Shown one piece after another: positions 1 to 15,836 of a stretch of 64,000 bases of DNA (position 1 is its first letter; each line of letters starts with the position of its first letter). The DNA lies in assembly GCF_009914755.1 (NCBI RefSeq), contig NC_060938.1, one strand, 5' to 3'. The stretch is from the human T2T-CHM13v2.0 reference genome, Homo sapiens. Below the pieces are notes generated by a model, which worked only from the letters and a program-made list of their open reading frames with translations, ran no database searches and was not told the origin of the DNA. The position numbers were made by a program, and so were the translations under genes.

Positions 1-60
1 CCAGAGCTCCTGGAATTGTTTCTTCAGTTGTGGCAGCTGTGTAGATCATTTTTGTTTTAT
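1..60 (-). CDS. SLC10A1: SLC10A1 exon 5, partial (continues beyond the window start)
   Basis: Acceptor TTTACAG|AT at 61/60. Encodes (D)KTKMIYTAATTEETIPGAL(G), the NTCP cytoplasmic tail, in frame after 943 coding nt. Confidence 0.97.
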
Positions 61-1250
61 CTGTAAAGTTAAAAAGGGTTACAGGTGTAGAGAGAGAACA
101 AGAGGAGTGAACAATGAAGCTTGTTTAATCTGGAAAGTACAAAAATACCAACTCAGCCCTAGAGTGTGCTAAGTATATATTTTCCATCTCTGTCGTCTCT
201 CCCATGGTTTACTCTTTAAACTCACTTTCCCCTCAGTCTCCCTAATGGTAGTACTAGTAGTAAAAGTCCTAATGAATTAGACTATTGTGTCTTCATCATC
301 ACTTCACTTCTAACTTCGTTATACAGTAAAACAACAGGAGATGAGTTTATGTATGCAAGGTCTGTGTTGCATTCAGGGAATGAGGAGGCAGGCAGGAAAG
401 ATCTTCGAGAAAGTCTAACCAAGAGAGTTTCCAGTTCTTCCCTCCAACCCCCAATTGATCTACCTCTTCTTGTCCGTGGTGTAGGCGGTGATGCAAATTT
501 GAAGATAGCTTTGATTCCTGCACCTTTCTATACAGATGGGAGAGTTCTCTATACAGAGTTGTTCTCCCATCAGGTGCAGGAATGAAAAGTATAAAAACTT
601 GACAGATTCCTCCCCCCTGAGAATAGCTTCTTGGGGCCATTAGGTCCAAAGAAATACGTTGCTTTGATTTAGTGTTTCCACTGGGGTCTTCTGAGATACA
701 CTGTGAGGAAAGTTCTTTTCAAGTCTTGAGAGCTAAAGATCCATAGAGTATTGTCCTTTGAGGTCACTTCAGGTCTTTCTGGTACTAAAACCTCAAATCT
801 GGGAATTTGGTTGGTCTAGAAACTTCTGTGCACTTTTTGTAAGAGGGCAGCAAATCTCTTGCGTTCCTCTCAGATAAGCATCAGAGTAGATTCTTTCTCA
901 CAACTCTACTGTAGCTTTGAACCAAAGCTTCTAAAATGGTTCTAGTGTATGGTCAGCCTGTACTTGTTTCGTGTTGGCTGCTTGGCAACCTAATTACATC
1001 TTAGCTAATTGCAAAGGGAGAGAGAATCGGCATTTGCTTGCTAGTATAATGTAACAAATTCCAATAGGGAAAGTTGTGTATTTCTCCTAGGGTGTAAATC
1101 ACAGTCCCTAGGGTCTAGAAAGGTTTTGAAGGGGACTTCAATTCATGGACATGAAGGGACAGTTGAAGGATTTGGGTAGGTACTTAGGAAGAATATACTA
1201 ATGTTGAGAGTTATAATGAAATGTGTTATAAAGTGGGTTTGAATGTCCTG

Positions 1251-1282
<32 letters not shown>

Positions 1283-2001
1283 GGTGTTAAAGTGCACTTT
1301 GAGGAAGGCACTGTTCTCTGGTCTGTCTTGAGGTTCAATTTTATTTTGAAAGGTAATACTCTGAGCATTTTAGAGAAGAGATGCTATGTTAACCCCATAG
1401 TGATCAGAGTAAAGTATAAATCATATTAAGTTTATTGTGGAGGTAGTTACTGTTTAACAACCGTATGCTTAAGTTTCCTTTACTGCGTAACTAGAGTTGA
1501 GGAATCTTTTTTTTTTTTCTTTATTCTGGGTTATATTAGGGTGCATTGCTTTCATATGTTTTTCCTCATACGGAGGTGCCAGTGGTGCTGTGGCTCTGAT
1601 CTGGTTCCAGGAAATGAGAACCTAGTCCTGAGAAATGGAAACTTCCCCAACTCTTGCGAATAGAGGCCTTTCACACAACTAATAACCTCAGTTGTCCAAG
1701 GCAGTTTTGTCCTATGATGTCTCCCCACTGAGACAAAGCAGCCCAAATTGCTTCAGTTTTATGAGGTAAACTGCATCTGCAATTTCATTCTCCCAGCTAG
1801 AAGGAAGAAATGGAGTGCAGTTGATGGAAGTAGTCTTGGATCTTTAATGCTTCTTGGGTGCTTCTTGGGGCTACCTGGTTCTTAGTGACTTGATAAGAGT
1901 TAAAGCCCTATCCAAAAAGTCCCTGCTAGAAACTTGCTTGTTGGCAGGCTCAGGTCTAATATTGGAGCAGAACTTGAAGTGGGGATAATTTCAGTACTCA
2001 C

Positions 2002-2198
2002 CCTTGGGAGTCTTGAATTTCTCATAGCACCAAAATATGGCAATGAGGAGAAGCCCTTCTCCAAGCTGGAAAATCATGTAGAGGAGGGGAAAGAAGAAAA
2101 GTGGTCCAATGACTTCAGGTGGAAAGGCCACATTGAGGATGGTGGAACAGAGTTGGACATTTTGGCATCCAGTCTCCATGCTGACAGTGCGTCTGCAC
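2002..2198 (-). CDS. SLC10A1: SLC10A1 exon 4 (197 nt)
   Basis: Acceptor GGCACAG|G and donor AAGG|GTGAGT. Encodes (R)[65 protein letters not shown], including the SLC10 ETGxQN motif. Confidence 0.99.
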
Positions 2199-2466
2199 CT
2201 GTGCCGGTGAAGAAAACCCCACATACACTCAGAGGGAACTGGAGGGAGCAACTTTGTCCCAGTGCTGCTACCAAAGAGTTTCGCAGCAGATGGAATCTAG
2301 ACCCTGGACAGGGGTACTTTGCTATTGCTGCTGGTGTTTGGATACCTTTGGTGTCTGGATTTTTAACCCGTTCAATACCTTCATTCAATTTTTTTCAAGT
2401 CTAAAGTCTCTTGTCCAGTTAGTGCATCTGAACATATTGCCAGGAAAGTGTCTTGCCCAGATTTCA

Positions 2467-2843
<377 letters not shown>

Positions 2844-2850
2844 TACCTAC

Positions 2851-3029
2851 CGTCCATTGAGGCAGAAGAGAGCAGAGAGAACATAACCCAGCAGAAAGCC
2901 AATAAAAGGCATCAGGGAGGAGGTGGCAATCAAGAGTGGTGTCATGGCAAACATGATGCTCTTCCCCACATTGATGGCAGAGAGAACTGTGACGGCCACA
3001 CTGCACAAGAGAATGATGATCATCCCTCC
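2851..3029 (-). CDS. SLC10A1: SLC10A1 exon 3 (179 nt)
   Basis: Acceptor TTCCCAG|GGA and donor CG|GTAGGT. Encodes [59 protein letters not shown](R). Confidence 0.99.
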
Positions 3030-3189
3030 CTGGGAATGAAGACAAGAAAAGGCAATTAGAAGAGTTGGGGATAGAGAGGAACAGAGGTGGGGAAGCACAG
3101 GTAGAAATTGGAGGTGGGAAACATTGCAATAAAACACTGGAAGTGGAAAGGAATATGAAAGACCTTTATCTTCTTTTTGGATTCCTTTC

Positions 3190-3333
3190 TTTAAATTTTT
3201 TTAAAATTATTAACATTAGAGACAGGGTCTTACTATGTTGCCCAGGCTGGTCTTACTCCTGGACTCTTAGCGGTCCTCCTGCCTTGGCCTTCCAAAGTGC
3301 TGGGATTACAGGTGTGAGCCACTGCACCCAGCC
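3190..3333 (-). repeat. Alu monomer in intron 2
   Basis: AGACAGGGTCTTACTATGTTGCCCAGGCTGG...GTGAGCCACTGCACCCAGCC. Confidence 0.85.
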
Positions 3334-6194
3334 CATCTTTTTAGATTTCGTATCAGTAGCTAGGAAGCTTGGGGACAGCTGATTAACACTTTGATTATTA
3401 CAAACTCAGCCAAGCACAGTTACTGCTTTTGACACATCTCTGGATAGCAGACTTTCAGTGAAGTGTTACGTGAGGCTATTCAGGACTCCTGCAAAATGGA
3501 TATTATTTAAAAGTCAAGTATTTTTGGAACTTATATACACATTCCTACAATACTGTCATTGTTCCACATACTTTGAAACTCATGAGAACTTGTCATACAT
3601 ATTTGTCTCAAATACCTTGATTACAGATAGGGATTTTATCCATTTTAGGATCAATTCTGGAAATTGCCAAGAGTCATTTGAAACAAAGCTGGTAAACAAG
3701 GTGGATGATCAAGCCCGGAAATACGGTTTTAAACCCAAAATGATGTCTAATAATAAGGGGACAAACCTACTTTCTTGAGTGACCTGCAAATTGAATATGA
3801 AGGAAGTTCCCAAAAGAACTTTCAGAAATATCTTGGGTGATAACAACATCATTGGAAACTATGCAGGTCTACTCTGAATGAAATTATAGGGTTTTTCATT
3901 GTGCAACATAGGATGCAACCTTTCAAAGTGCATGTGCACTCCATGCACTTTGTACTTTCCAGTGTGCATTTTAGAGAATTGCGTCCTCCAAAATGATAAA
4001 CAGGTATGTGTAAATTTAAGACTGTCCCTTTTATCTCCTGAGTAAAGAAATACTTAACTTTTCTCAAACTTACCATGTTATTTTGTAATAGTTACATGTG
4101 TTGGTTCATTTTTTGGTTCATTCACATGTGTTGCATTTTATATTTCCTAGTAACATTTTAAAAAAGTAAAATATGTATAGCAAAGTTTGCCATTTTAATC
4201 ACTTTTGAGTGTACAGTTCAGTGGCATTAAGTACATTCATAATGTCCTAACGACATTTTAACATTTATATTGCTCAAATTTCAGCTGCACAGCTTTGTGT
4301 TTCTGTTTTTAATACTTGTTGCAACTGATATGATCATATAAAACATCACCTATACCAATTAGTGGTCCTATCCCAGCATAGGAAGGACTTTCACACATCT
4401 CTTGAATAACCATGTGCTTCAAGTTTTATTAAAAGACTTATTAGCTAATGAACTTCTCAGTTTACCTTTGCATTTTTAGTTGATTTCCCCTTTTAGATTT
4501 CTGTCTTTCGAATTTGTCCTTTACCCAACAGTCAAATAATTTTTAATCTCTATCAAGAGTGGAGTGGATAATGTAGGAGACATTGAGTTACAGGAATTGT
4601 CCACGAATCCAGAAGCCCTCTTCTTCTGTATAGGCATTCACTCTTATTCTCTCACTCATGTTCTCTGACTCTTGGGGACTGCACAGTTGTGGTTATGAGC
4701 ACATAATTTGATATGATCCTGGTGGGAAAGCTGCCTCTGCTAGTCTCCAGGTGTGTAAGCTCTGGGGAGTCACTCAACCTGAGTGAGGTTGACGGCATAG
4801 GACCTGGCATATAAGAACCGCTCACTAAACTGTAACTCCTGTTATTACTCAAAGGGGAGGAATTAACATTCTAGAGGTTCCTGTCACTCTCACTGCTGCC
4901 ATCTCTGGAAATTTATCCTGTCTACAACCCCTGTCTCCTGCTGAGACAAGTGGCCCCGGGTAGTTGCTTCTCCATAGGCTACCACATTTTGTACCACCTG
5001 ACTTCATTGCCCTGCTCACAACTGGGATGAGTGCTCATTCATGGGCAGCCAATCCATTGGCTTACACATGAGATGACATGTCCACAGTCTACCCACAAAG
5101 GTGGCCCGCACAGGCTGGTGAGTGGTAGAAATAATCAGATTCTCTCATTTAGGAAGTTTGCAGGATTACAGAGAGGGAAGCAATAGCAGGGACAAGTGTC
5201 AGAACAGAGGTCTGGGAGCAATAGCCACAAGTTGGCAGAAGTTGTAAGACAAAGGAGAGTTAGGGGTCAGTTCAGCAGTAGCAGCAGGTGTGGGAAATGC
5301 ATGAGTAGAGTGTTGAGTCAATGAAATGGTGGGATCCTTATTAAAGAGTGGTGGATGGCTTATGGTGAAAGTGGCTCCTGGACCATGTCATTCTCAGATT
5401 CATCACCCTTTTAGCCACATAGCCTTTGGATAAACCCTTGCATGGGTAAGTTAAAAATTACTTGAATTGCCTTTTAAAATGAGCATGCCTGAAATTGTAT
5501 CTTGGTATATCTAAATGTGACCTTCCACCAGCGAATGCAACTGGTTGAACCCGGTGTGAGCAGATACCTGCTGCCAGAGCTAGTTATTGAAAGTTGGGTT
5601 ATTTTGATTTGCAAGGTCCAAGGAGGGTTATGTGTGCGTAAGAGGCTAGGACAATCATTTGTTCGTTTTCCAGTTTGGCACTCACTATATTATTTATGGG
5701 ACAGGGTGACGAAGGATGAGCATAGTCCTCGAAGAGCCATAGAAGCAAGGAAACCTTAGCTTTTGCAGCTTGACCCACATGTTAGTCTCTGCATCCTCAC
5801 AGGAGTGATTCCAGTTTTGGAATATAGGAAGATCAGTGTAGCTGTTGACTTTGTGGTGGTTTAACCCTGGAGGTTTAGCCAGGGGCAAAATGGGTCCAGG
5901 GCATGCCTGGGTTTTTTAGATTACCTTTTATGTAGTCCCTTATTACTAGTCTCTGTTTTTCCAGCCAAGGTATTTCTTAGCCCTTTTAATGTTCTCTGGC
6001 TTCATTTTGACTTCATTTCGTCTGTGGCATTGAGTAGTGAATGTGCAACACAACAGGAACAGACTGGTTGAAATAATCCTGGCTCTGCCAAGTAACTTTT
6101 CCGGGCCTCGGTTACTCTATCTGCAAATTGGGAATAAGGCAGGAGACTGAACTTCATCTTAAAGGCTTCTCCAGCTTTAAGATCTGAGATTCTC

Positions 6195-6494
6195 GGCAAG
6201 GTGTGGTGGCTCACGCCTGTAATCCCAGCACTTCGGGAGGCCAAGGCGGGGAGATCACAAGGTCGGGAGATCGGGACCATCCTGGCTAACACGGTGAAAC
6301 CCCGTCTTTACTAAAAAATACAAAAAATTATCCGGGTATGGTGGCGGGCGCCTGTAGTCCCAGCTACTCAGGAGGCTGAGGCAGGAGAATGGTGTGAACT
6401 CGGGAGGTGGAGCTTGCAGTGAGCCGAGCTCGCGCCACTGCACTCCAACCTGGGCGACAGAGTGAGACTCCGTCTCGAAAAAAAAAAAAAAAAA
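6195..6494 (+). repeat. AluY-like
   Basis: CpG-rich full-length Alu with a TCTGAGATTCT TSD. Confidence 0.9.
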
Positions 6495-6864
6495 GGGTCT
6501 GAGATTCTGCTTTTTGCAACCTCAGAGAAACACTTTTAAAGCTACTCTGAGGTAGAAAAGAGACATGTTCTCACATCAGTTGTCATTAGCACTATGACTT
6601 GGTATTCTGTTTCCCAGTTTTCCCACCTATAAAATGGAGGAGGGCAGAGTAGCATTAAATGATAGCAGTGGTCACTTCACATTTTAATATTCTTTATATT
6701 TTATATGCATTTCTTTAAGATCGTTTATGGGTGTATAGGATTTTTTAAAAAAGCAATCTTATGCACCCCACAAACTATCTTAAAAAAATGAAATGATGCA
6801 CACAAACATGTTTCTCTGTGTATGTTGTTTTTCTGCTGGTGTGTGGAAGAGCAGCAGACAGGAC

Positions 6865-8080
6865 TTGCCCTTCATTCCTTTATTTATTCTCAGGCATTAG
6901 CTATGGGGGCACTGTGATAGGTGCTGTGGATTCAGTGTTAATTAAGACAGCCTTATGGTCTTGCTTCTTGATAAATGAGTGGGGAATAAAAATGAACAGA
7001 TGTTCTTAATGCAGTGTAATAATTGCTACAGGGGTTAGCTGGAGTGTTGGGTGTTATGGGAGTGAATAGGACAAGCATCTTACTCAGGCTTAGGAGGTTA
7101 AGGAAGGCTTCCTGGGGGAGGCGCTATTTGTGTTGAGACTTAAAGGATGAGTGGGAGTGATCCAGTGAAAGATGGTGAGTGGGGTGAGAATTGGGAAGAA
7201 GAGTGTTCCAGGTGAAGAGAAGGGCACGTGCAAAGAGAAAAGAGCTGAGACTGGTGAGGTCAGTTGAAACCAAATCAAGAAGTGCCACATTAAGGAGTTT
7301 AAACTATCCTAGGGGGAAGGAGTCAATGAGAGGCTTTAAGCAGTGGAGTGACATGATAGAGTTTGTACTTCACATCTTCACCCTCAGGTTAGAACTGGGT
7401 GAGGAGGTTGGATGAGAAGGCCATTTGAGTTGTCTAGTGAGAGGTAAGGATAGAGAGGAATGAATGGATTCCAGCAACAGAAGGTGGAATCGACAGTCAT
7501 TGATTAGATGGGTGTGAGTGGTGAGGGAGAAGGGAACATTGAGAATGACTTCCAGTTTCTGGTTGGGGCAACTGGGCACACACACAGTGCCACCGACTGA
7601 GATAACCACATGGGGAGGAGATGACTTTAACATATATTGAGTTTTAAATGTCTGAGGTATATTCAGATAGAAAGACCTGGTAGATAATAAATGGATTCTG
7701 GAGTGAGGATAGAGTTGACATCTGATGATGCTGTTCTGGAAGTCTCGGTTTGCAGATGGTAATTGCAGACCTGAGAGGGACCAGATCCTGTGCTGGGAGA
7801 GGTCTGGTGAGAAAGGCAGAAAGCTTGGTCTGAATGCAGAGAAGTGCCTTTGACCAGAGGAACTCATAAGGGAGTCTGAAGGTCATGAGAGGTAGGAGGA
7901 AAGCAGCAGAGCTTAGAGTCACTAAAGCTGACAGAGAAGGCTTTTGAGGAGGCAGTGGTCAATTATGTCCAATGCTGCTAGAAGGTCAAGGAAGGATTGA
8001 GAAATGTCCATTGGATTTGGCAAAGAAAGTGGAGCAGGTGGTCATCAAGATGCTGGGTGGATGGGAGACCAAGGAGAGAA
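6865..8080. mobile_element. L2 remnant
   Basis: Purine-rich L2-like segments such as CATTCCTTTATTTATTC..., GGAAGGCTTCCTGGGGGAGG and GAGTTTTAAATGTCTGAGG. Confidence 0.55.
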
Positions 8081-9245
8081 GAGAGGGATTCAAATAATGG
8101 AAACGAATTGCTGAGGGCCTGGTCACTCATGAGAGAGCTCTGGCGGTGGCATGGGGGAAATGGAAGGTGTTTGAGAGGAAGCGATTGACAGAGAGAGAGA
8201 GGAGTGAGGGGGACTACTCCTAAAACCTGGCTAGGAAGGAGAGCAAAGGGAGATATTAGGTGGAATGGGAGGTGGATTCCACAAAAAATCCCAGTGAGAG
8301 ACACTTTTTGTTTTGTTTTTTGAAGATAGAAGATATGTGAGTTCGTATCAAAGCTGATTGTGAAGAACCAATACAGAGATATTTTAGAAATGAGAGAGAG
8401 GGGAGGCTGCTGGGCCAGGGGCATAATCAATAAAAGGAGGTCTCTTGAGTACAAGGGTAGAGAGAATGATTGCAATCCAGGGCTGAGGTGGGGTGACTGG
8501 CCACAGAAAGGAGGAGGGATGATTCCTCCATGTCCTCCAGCAGGCGGGAAGGGGAGCTGTGGCCATGGCACTGGGACAGGACAAGGGCAAAAACTACTCT
8601 TGAGACAATGGTAGTGTGAAAATAAAACCCCCCTGAAAACTGGACTCTTGACTTCTTTGTTCCAGGCCCAAAGCTGCTGCCAAACTTTGGGGTTCTCAGC
8701 AGCACGCCTTGCAGACCAGGCCAGAGGCATTGATCCAGGGGCAGAGATGGTACAGGAGGTCAGGAGGTCAAGTCCTTCCTGAGGACCAGGATGACCTCCT
8801 GGCCCTGGGGGATGAATAGTGAGCCAAGGGGGAGGCTGGCAGGGACCAAACTCCAAGGTTGAAAATATTGGTGGAGAGACCATAGCTGCACTCTAGGAGT
8901 TCTGCACACAAAGCAGTGGCATGATGCCCTGTCTGTGACCACAGTGCTTCTCAAAACCTTTGTGGCCTTAATTCACTCCACTTCCCACCCCATCCCTCTC
9001 TTGAAATGCTGGGAATGGGTACACTACCTGTCTCCTCTAGCTTCTTGCCACATCAGCCAAATTTGCCCTTAGTGCCTGCTGAACTCTATTCAGGCTTCTC
9101 CCCAGGTTTACCTAAATGCCTCAAGCCCTTCCTTTTTAATAAGGCTCTTTGACCACTCCAGCCCTCACTGTTCCCATCTCCTTGCCTTCTGCAAATACTT
9201 GCGTGTACACTGGAATTGGATCTTGTTTCTCTCGTGTGTTACTTC

Positions 9246-9576
9246 ATTTTCTTTCTTTTCTTTTTTTTTTTTTTTTCGTTTTAGAGATGGAGTCTTGCTC
9301 TGTGGCCCAGGCGGGAGTGCAGTGGCGCGATCTCGGCTCACTGCAACCCCTGCCCTCCCTGGTTCAAGCGATTCTGCTGCCTCAGCCTCCTGAGTAGCTG
9401 GGATTGCAGGCACTCGCTACCATGCCCGGCTAATTTTTTTTTTTTTTTTGTATTTTTAATGGAGACGGGGTTTCGTCATGTTGGTCAGGCTGGTCTCAAA
9501 CTTCTGACCTCAAGTGATCCACCCGCCTCAACTTCCCAAAGTGTTGGGATTATAAGCGTGAGCCACCACGCCAGCC
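9246..9576 (-). repeat. AluS-like
   Basis: Full-length antisense Alu. Confidence 0.9.
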
Positions 9577-9765
9577 TCATGTGTTACTTCACTTTCTGCA
9601 AATATCAAACTCTGGTGACAGTGAATCCTTAGAGTGCATAGCATAAAACTTAGCATCTAGTAGGAGCATATGTATGTTTATTATTAATATAATGATTATA
9701 TCTTATAGTTGTATATGGTGTTTTTACTCTTTTGCCCTAATTTGTCAAGCCTCCCAGGTTCTTAC

Positions 9766-9976
9766 CTTGATGACATAGCGCATGTATTGTGGCCGTTTGG
9801 ATTTGAGGACGATCCCTATGGTGCAAGGAATGAGAACCAGGACCAGTGATATCACGATGCCTTTATAGGGCACCTTGTCCTTCAGGTCCCCATCATAGAT
9901 CCCCCTGGAGTAGATGTACAGGAGGAGAGGCATCATGCCAAGGGCACAGAAGGTGGAGCAGGTGGTCATCACAATG
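9766..9976 (-). CDS. SLC10A1: SLC10A1 exon 2 (211 nt)
   Basis: Acceptor TCTCCCACCAG|C and donor AAG|GTAAG. Encodes (S)[70 protein letters not shown]. Phase joins exon 1 (356+211=567). Confidence 0.99.
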
Positions 9977-11417
9977 CTGGTGGGAGACATGGGAAGAGGG
10001 GAGAGAGAGAGAGCCCATAAATACAGACTATTTTGTTGAGTGCCTGCTAAGTGCCACTGTGCTAAGTGCTTGACATATGTGGCTTCAGTTCCTTTTCCCC
10101 ATAACATTAGGCAGTAAGCATACTATCTTCTTTTCGCTGACAAGGAAGCTGGGGACTAGAAGAGTTGTGTCCTGCTCAAAGTCGCACAAGGTAGTAAGTG
10201 GCCAAGGCAGCATTTGAACTTAGGGTGGTTCAACTGCTTCAATCCCTGTGTGCTTCATTGTGGAAGGAGCCATTCTGATCTCCTTCTCTGTAATGGAACC
10301 CTTTTCGCATTGAGCACCTCCCCCATGCCAAGCCCATTTTGTAGAAAGCCAACTGTGTGATTCCATTACTCTGGTCATTAGCCCATTGGACCATGGAATG
10401 GCACCTGACCCACAGTTACTAAATGTCTGGTTTAGAGCCTAGGGAATGGCTTCTTGTAGTGACTTTGTCCAACGGAGACAATAACAATTAGCTATATCAG
10501 CACATTTTACCTCGTGGGGAGTCTGAGTGTGAGACACAGTGACAGGACACTTGGTCTTTGGGGATGGGTGGCATGGGAGTGATGCTCAGGCAGAAGTCAA
10601 AAACCCTACTAGAAAAATCAATAAACAGATACCATGATTAAAAGGACTGTAAAAGAAATAGTGAAGCAGTAAGAAACAGAATAATTGAAGGGCCATAATG
10701 GTGGGGTAGTAGAGAAGGCAGTAATAGATACCCATGTTGAGTAAGTGACAAGATAACCTGGTCAGATTTGCTTTGCATCTTGGATAGTATTCCAGTCCCC
10801 AACTCTGGTGTTCTCATGTTCTTTACTTTCTGGTTCCTCTTGATATTATTTAAAATAAATTATGACACTCAGAGCCTGAATAATATGTCCTTCCAGCTCT
10901 AATATGTATCCTACTTGTCCAATTTCCTTTTCCATTTGGAATCTTATATATGTTAGTCCCAGGACCCTGTCTAGGGAGAGGCCCTCCAGAAAGGTCAACT
11001 GAGAAGGAAGCTGATAGGGCATCTCCTTAGATTTATGGACATTTACATTAACAATATATGGCTCTGACTTTTATTCCAGTGGGAAGATGGTTGGGAGGTG
11101 AGGGCTTGGCAAGATCTTAGGAAAACCACACTCAGTGTGTCCCTCCTCCTCCCCACAGCCCTACCCTCCATCTACACTTCTTTCATTATTTCTATAAAGA
11201 TGGAATATGGCTTAAATATGCATGAAGAGCAGCCTATATCAAAGGTTCCAGAGCGTAGCCATCAAGAACAATAGGTAGGCATGTCATAAGGATAAGAGCT
11301 GTTAGAGGTGAGAAGAGTCCCTCAAAGAAAATTGTGAACTAGGTAATAGGAACTCCCCCACCCCCGTGAACACTTAAATACACACTTGAGCTTGTAAGAA
11401 ATTAACACTCAATTTAA

Positions 11418-11705
11418 GTGTGGCATAGTGGCTCATGCCTATAATTCCAGCATTTAGGGAGGCCGAGGAGGGAGGATTGCTTGAAGCCAGGAGTTTGAGA
11501 CCAGCCTGGGCAACAAAGTAAGACCCCTGTCTCTACACACAAACAAATGAACAAACAAACCAAAAACCACACACAAAAATTAGCCAGGTGTGGTGGTGTG
11601 CACCAGGAGTCCCAGCTACTTGGGAGGCTGAGGCAGGAGGATGGCTTGAGCCCAGAAGGTTGAGGTTACAGTGAGCTATGTTAGCGCCACTCCACTAAAA
11701 AAAAA
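11418..11705 (+). repeat. AluJ-like
   Basis: Dimeric Alu with a short tail. Confidence 0.85.
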
Positions 11706-12106
11706 GGTGCCCACGGACAAGAAACAAATGCAAAGTAGTGGGGGAACTCAAGCTGAAGCTTCATAGAGGGGTTCTGGAGGGGAGTGGGGTGTTAGTCTTG
11801 GCACTGTGGAGGCTTTAATGCCCAAGGAAGGGACCAGAATTGAGGTATTAGACCTGGGATGGGAGGAGCATTGAAACTGAGCAACCAATAAAAGGATCAT
11901 GGGATGAGGGGAGGGGAACTTTCTAATTATATCATCAAATATGAAATCATGGTGGAAACAGTATTTAGAATATAAAAATAATAAAATACATATTTAAAAA
12001 ACATGGAGAGGGGACTTTGGATTAGGCAATGGTTTCTTAGACATCTAAAGCACGAACAGCCAAAGAAAAAGGCAAGTCAGACTTCATTAATATTAAAAAC
12101 TTGTGA

Positions 12107-12514
<408 letters not shown>

Positions 12515-14942
12515 AATATATGAAGAACTCTTATAATGCAATAATAAAAAACAAGTAAAAAATGGGCCAAGGATTTGAATGAGATATTTTCCCAAAGAAG
12601 ATATACAAATGGCTAATGAGCACATGAAAAGATGCTCAACATCATTACTTATTAGGAAAATGCAAATCAAAACCACTTTGAGATACCACTTTATATCTAC
12701 TAGCATGGCTATAATTAAAAAGCTGGACAATAACAAGTGTTGGAGGGTATATGGAAAATTAGGAATCCTCATACACTGGTGGTGGGAAGTAAAATGGTGC
12801 TTTGGAAAATAGTTTGGCAGTTTCTAGAAAATTTAAACACAGAGTCACCATATAACCCAGCAATTCTACTCTTAGGTATATATCCCAAGGGAACAGAAAG
12901 CATGTTCACACAAAAACTTGCCTGTGAGCTTCCATAGACATTATTCATACTAGGGAACAAGTAGAAACAACCCATGTGTCCATCAGCTGAATGAATGGAT
13001 GAGCAAAATGTATTATATCCATACAATGGGATATTATTCAATTACAAAAACAAATGAAGTATTGTGACATGCTATCACATGAATGAACCTTGAAAATATG
13101 CTAAGTGAAAGAAGTATAGATACAAAAGGTCACATATTGAATGCTTCCATTTATGTGAAATCCATAGAGACAGAAAGATTAGTGGTTGTCAAGGGTTGGA
13201 GCAGGAGAGAGAAATGGGGACTCCTGCTAAATGGGATGGAGTTCCTTTTTGGGGTATTGAAAATGTTCTGAAATTAGATAATGGTGATAGGTTCACAGGC
13301 TTGGAATTATGCTAAAAACCAAGGCATCGTACAATTTAAAGAATGGATTTTATGGTATGTGAATTATATCTCAATAAATAGTAATTAAAAACCATGCAGG
13401 GAGCAAATAAAGCAATTATTAAAGGGCAATTTATAGCCTAACATATTTATATTGAAAAAGAAGATTAAAAATTAATGAGTTAAGCACCTTAAGAGGTTAG
13501 AATGAGAAAAACCCAATAAAAAGAAAAGGAAGAAATTTTTTAAGTTTTGTAAATTGTTAGAATCAGTAAAACCAAAAATAGGGTTTTTTTTTTTTCTTTT
13601 TTTTTTTAAAGGCCAATTAAATAGGCACCTCTGGCAAGGCAGACCAGGGAAAAGAGAGATGGCACAAATTGATGAGGTTAGTGTGAAAAAGGGAACATAA
13701 CTACAGAGAAAATGAAGATTTTAAAAAGTCATTAAGGACATTTTCATACTTTCATTTTTAACTTAAATGGACAATTTCATGGGAAATATAACCTACAAAA
13801 CCAAGTCAATATGAAGCCGAAAACCTGATTCAACTTAGAATCATTTAAGACATTTAATAAGCAGTTCAAAACCTATCTTCTAGAACCCTACATGATTTAT
13901 ACTGTCTTACGGTAGTGTTCTACTAAACATGCAAAGTGCAGATTGTTGCAATATTATGCAAATCTGTCCAGATAATATAAAAAGGGGAAACATGCCCTAA
14001 TTTATTGTATAAAGTTAATATGATCTTGGAACGAAAGCTGGAGAATGATATTACGAGAAAAGAAAATTGGGGACCACTCTTATTTATGAACATAGAAACA
14101 AAAATAATAAAATATTAGCAAATAAGTGTTTTAAAAAATACAATGAACAAGATGAGTAAGAATGATTTAACATTAGATAATCTATTAATACATATTACTA
14201 TATTATTAAAGAAATGGTACAATTTTGTAGCTATAGAAAAGTCAACAAAATTTAATGTTCTTACATAATAAAAATTTAGTACACTAGCAACGGAATGAAA
14301 ATTCCTTAACTTGAAAGGAAATCTATTAGAAAAAGTATATTAAACGTTAAACTTAATGGTAAATAGAGGGATTTTCTTTAACAAGAGGAATAAAGCAAAG
14401 ATAGTCATTATTATTACCTGTTTTATAAATTATACTATATATAGGCCCTAGTAAGCACAGCAAAACAAGAAATAGAAAAAGTATAGGGATGGGAAAAGAA
14501 GAAATGAAACTTTCTTGTTTTGCCAATGATAGGATTGTCCACAGAAGAAATCTAAGTAATTTTCCATTATAACTGGTAAGTAAGAAAATGTATGAGGTTC
14601 TAAATACATTAGCATCAGTCAGTCAATCAATTGGGTCTGATATACTAGAAACAAATATATATATATTTTAAAAGACACCATTTATGATATTCACAAAACT
14701 AGAAAATACTTATACATCTAAAGGACATGTAAGATCTTTATGAAAGAAATTACAAACCTTTATAGAAAGGTATTAAAAAAGGCCTAAGTAAAAGAAAAGC
14801 TATATCATATTTATAGATGGGAAGATTCAATATTATAAAGATAGTCTCTCAATTTATATATAAATGTAATGCACATTTAATAAAACTTCCAGACTTATAA
14901 TTTTTTTTGTAGACTTGAAAGGTGATACTGAAACTCAAGTGA

Positions 14943-15268
<326 letters not shown>

Positions 15269-15622
15269 CATGATTTTCAAGAACAAAGTAGGGGGACTTA
15301 ACTTTCAGATAACAAAACTTATAAAATTGTAATTAAGAAAGTGTGGAACTGGTACAAGGGTAGCCACATAGACCCGTAGAAGAGAAGAGAGATCCAGACA
15401 CAAGCCCTGCATTTATGAGAGAGATGTCATTACAAATACCTGGAGAAAAATTCACTCAACGTGGCTTGGAATCTTCTATTTGTATGGAAAAGATAAAATT
15501 AGTTCATGCCATACATAAAAATAAGTTCTACATTGATTGGAGCTCTCCATGTGAAAATCAAACATTTAAAACTTTTCAAAGAAAATACAGGGTAATATCT
15601 TTGTAACTTTGTAGACAGTAAA

Positions 15623-15836
15623 TTTTTTTTTTTTTTTTGAGACAGGGTGTTGCTCTGTCGCCCAGGCTGGAGTGCAGTGGCATGATTTTGGCTCACTGCA
15701 ACCTCTGCCTCCTGGGTTCAAGTGATTCTCATGCCTCAGCCTCCTGAGTAGCTGGGATTACAGGTGCACATCACCATGCCCAGCTAATTTTTTTGTATTT
15801 TTTAGTAGAGACGGGGTTTTGCCATGTTGGACAGGC
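15623..15836 (-). repeat. 5'-truncated Alu
   Basis: TSD TTGTAGA(C/T)AGTAAA. Confidence 0.85.

Noticed and set aside
7978-8883. 301-aa minus-strand ORF in intron 2, the longest in the window
   Set aside because: Pro/Leu/Ser-rich composition from pyrimidine-rich, partly L2-like DNA, with no recognisable domain.
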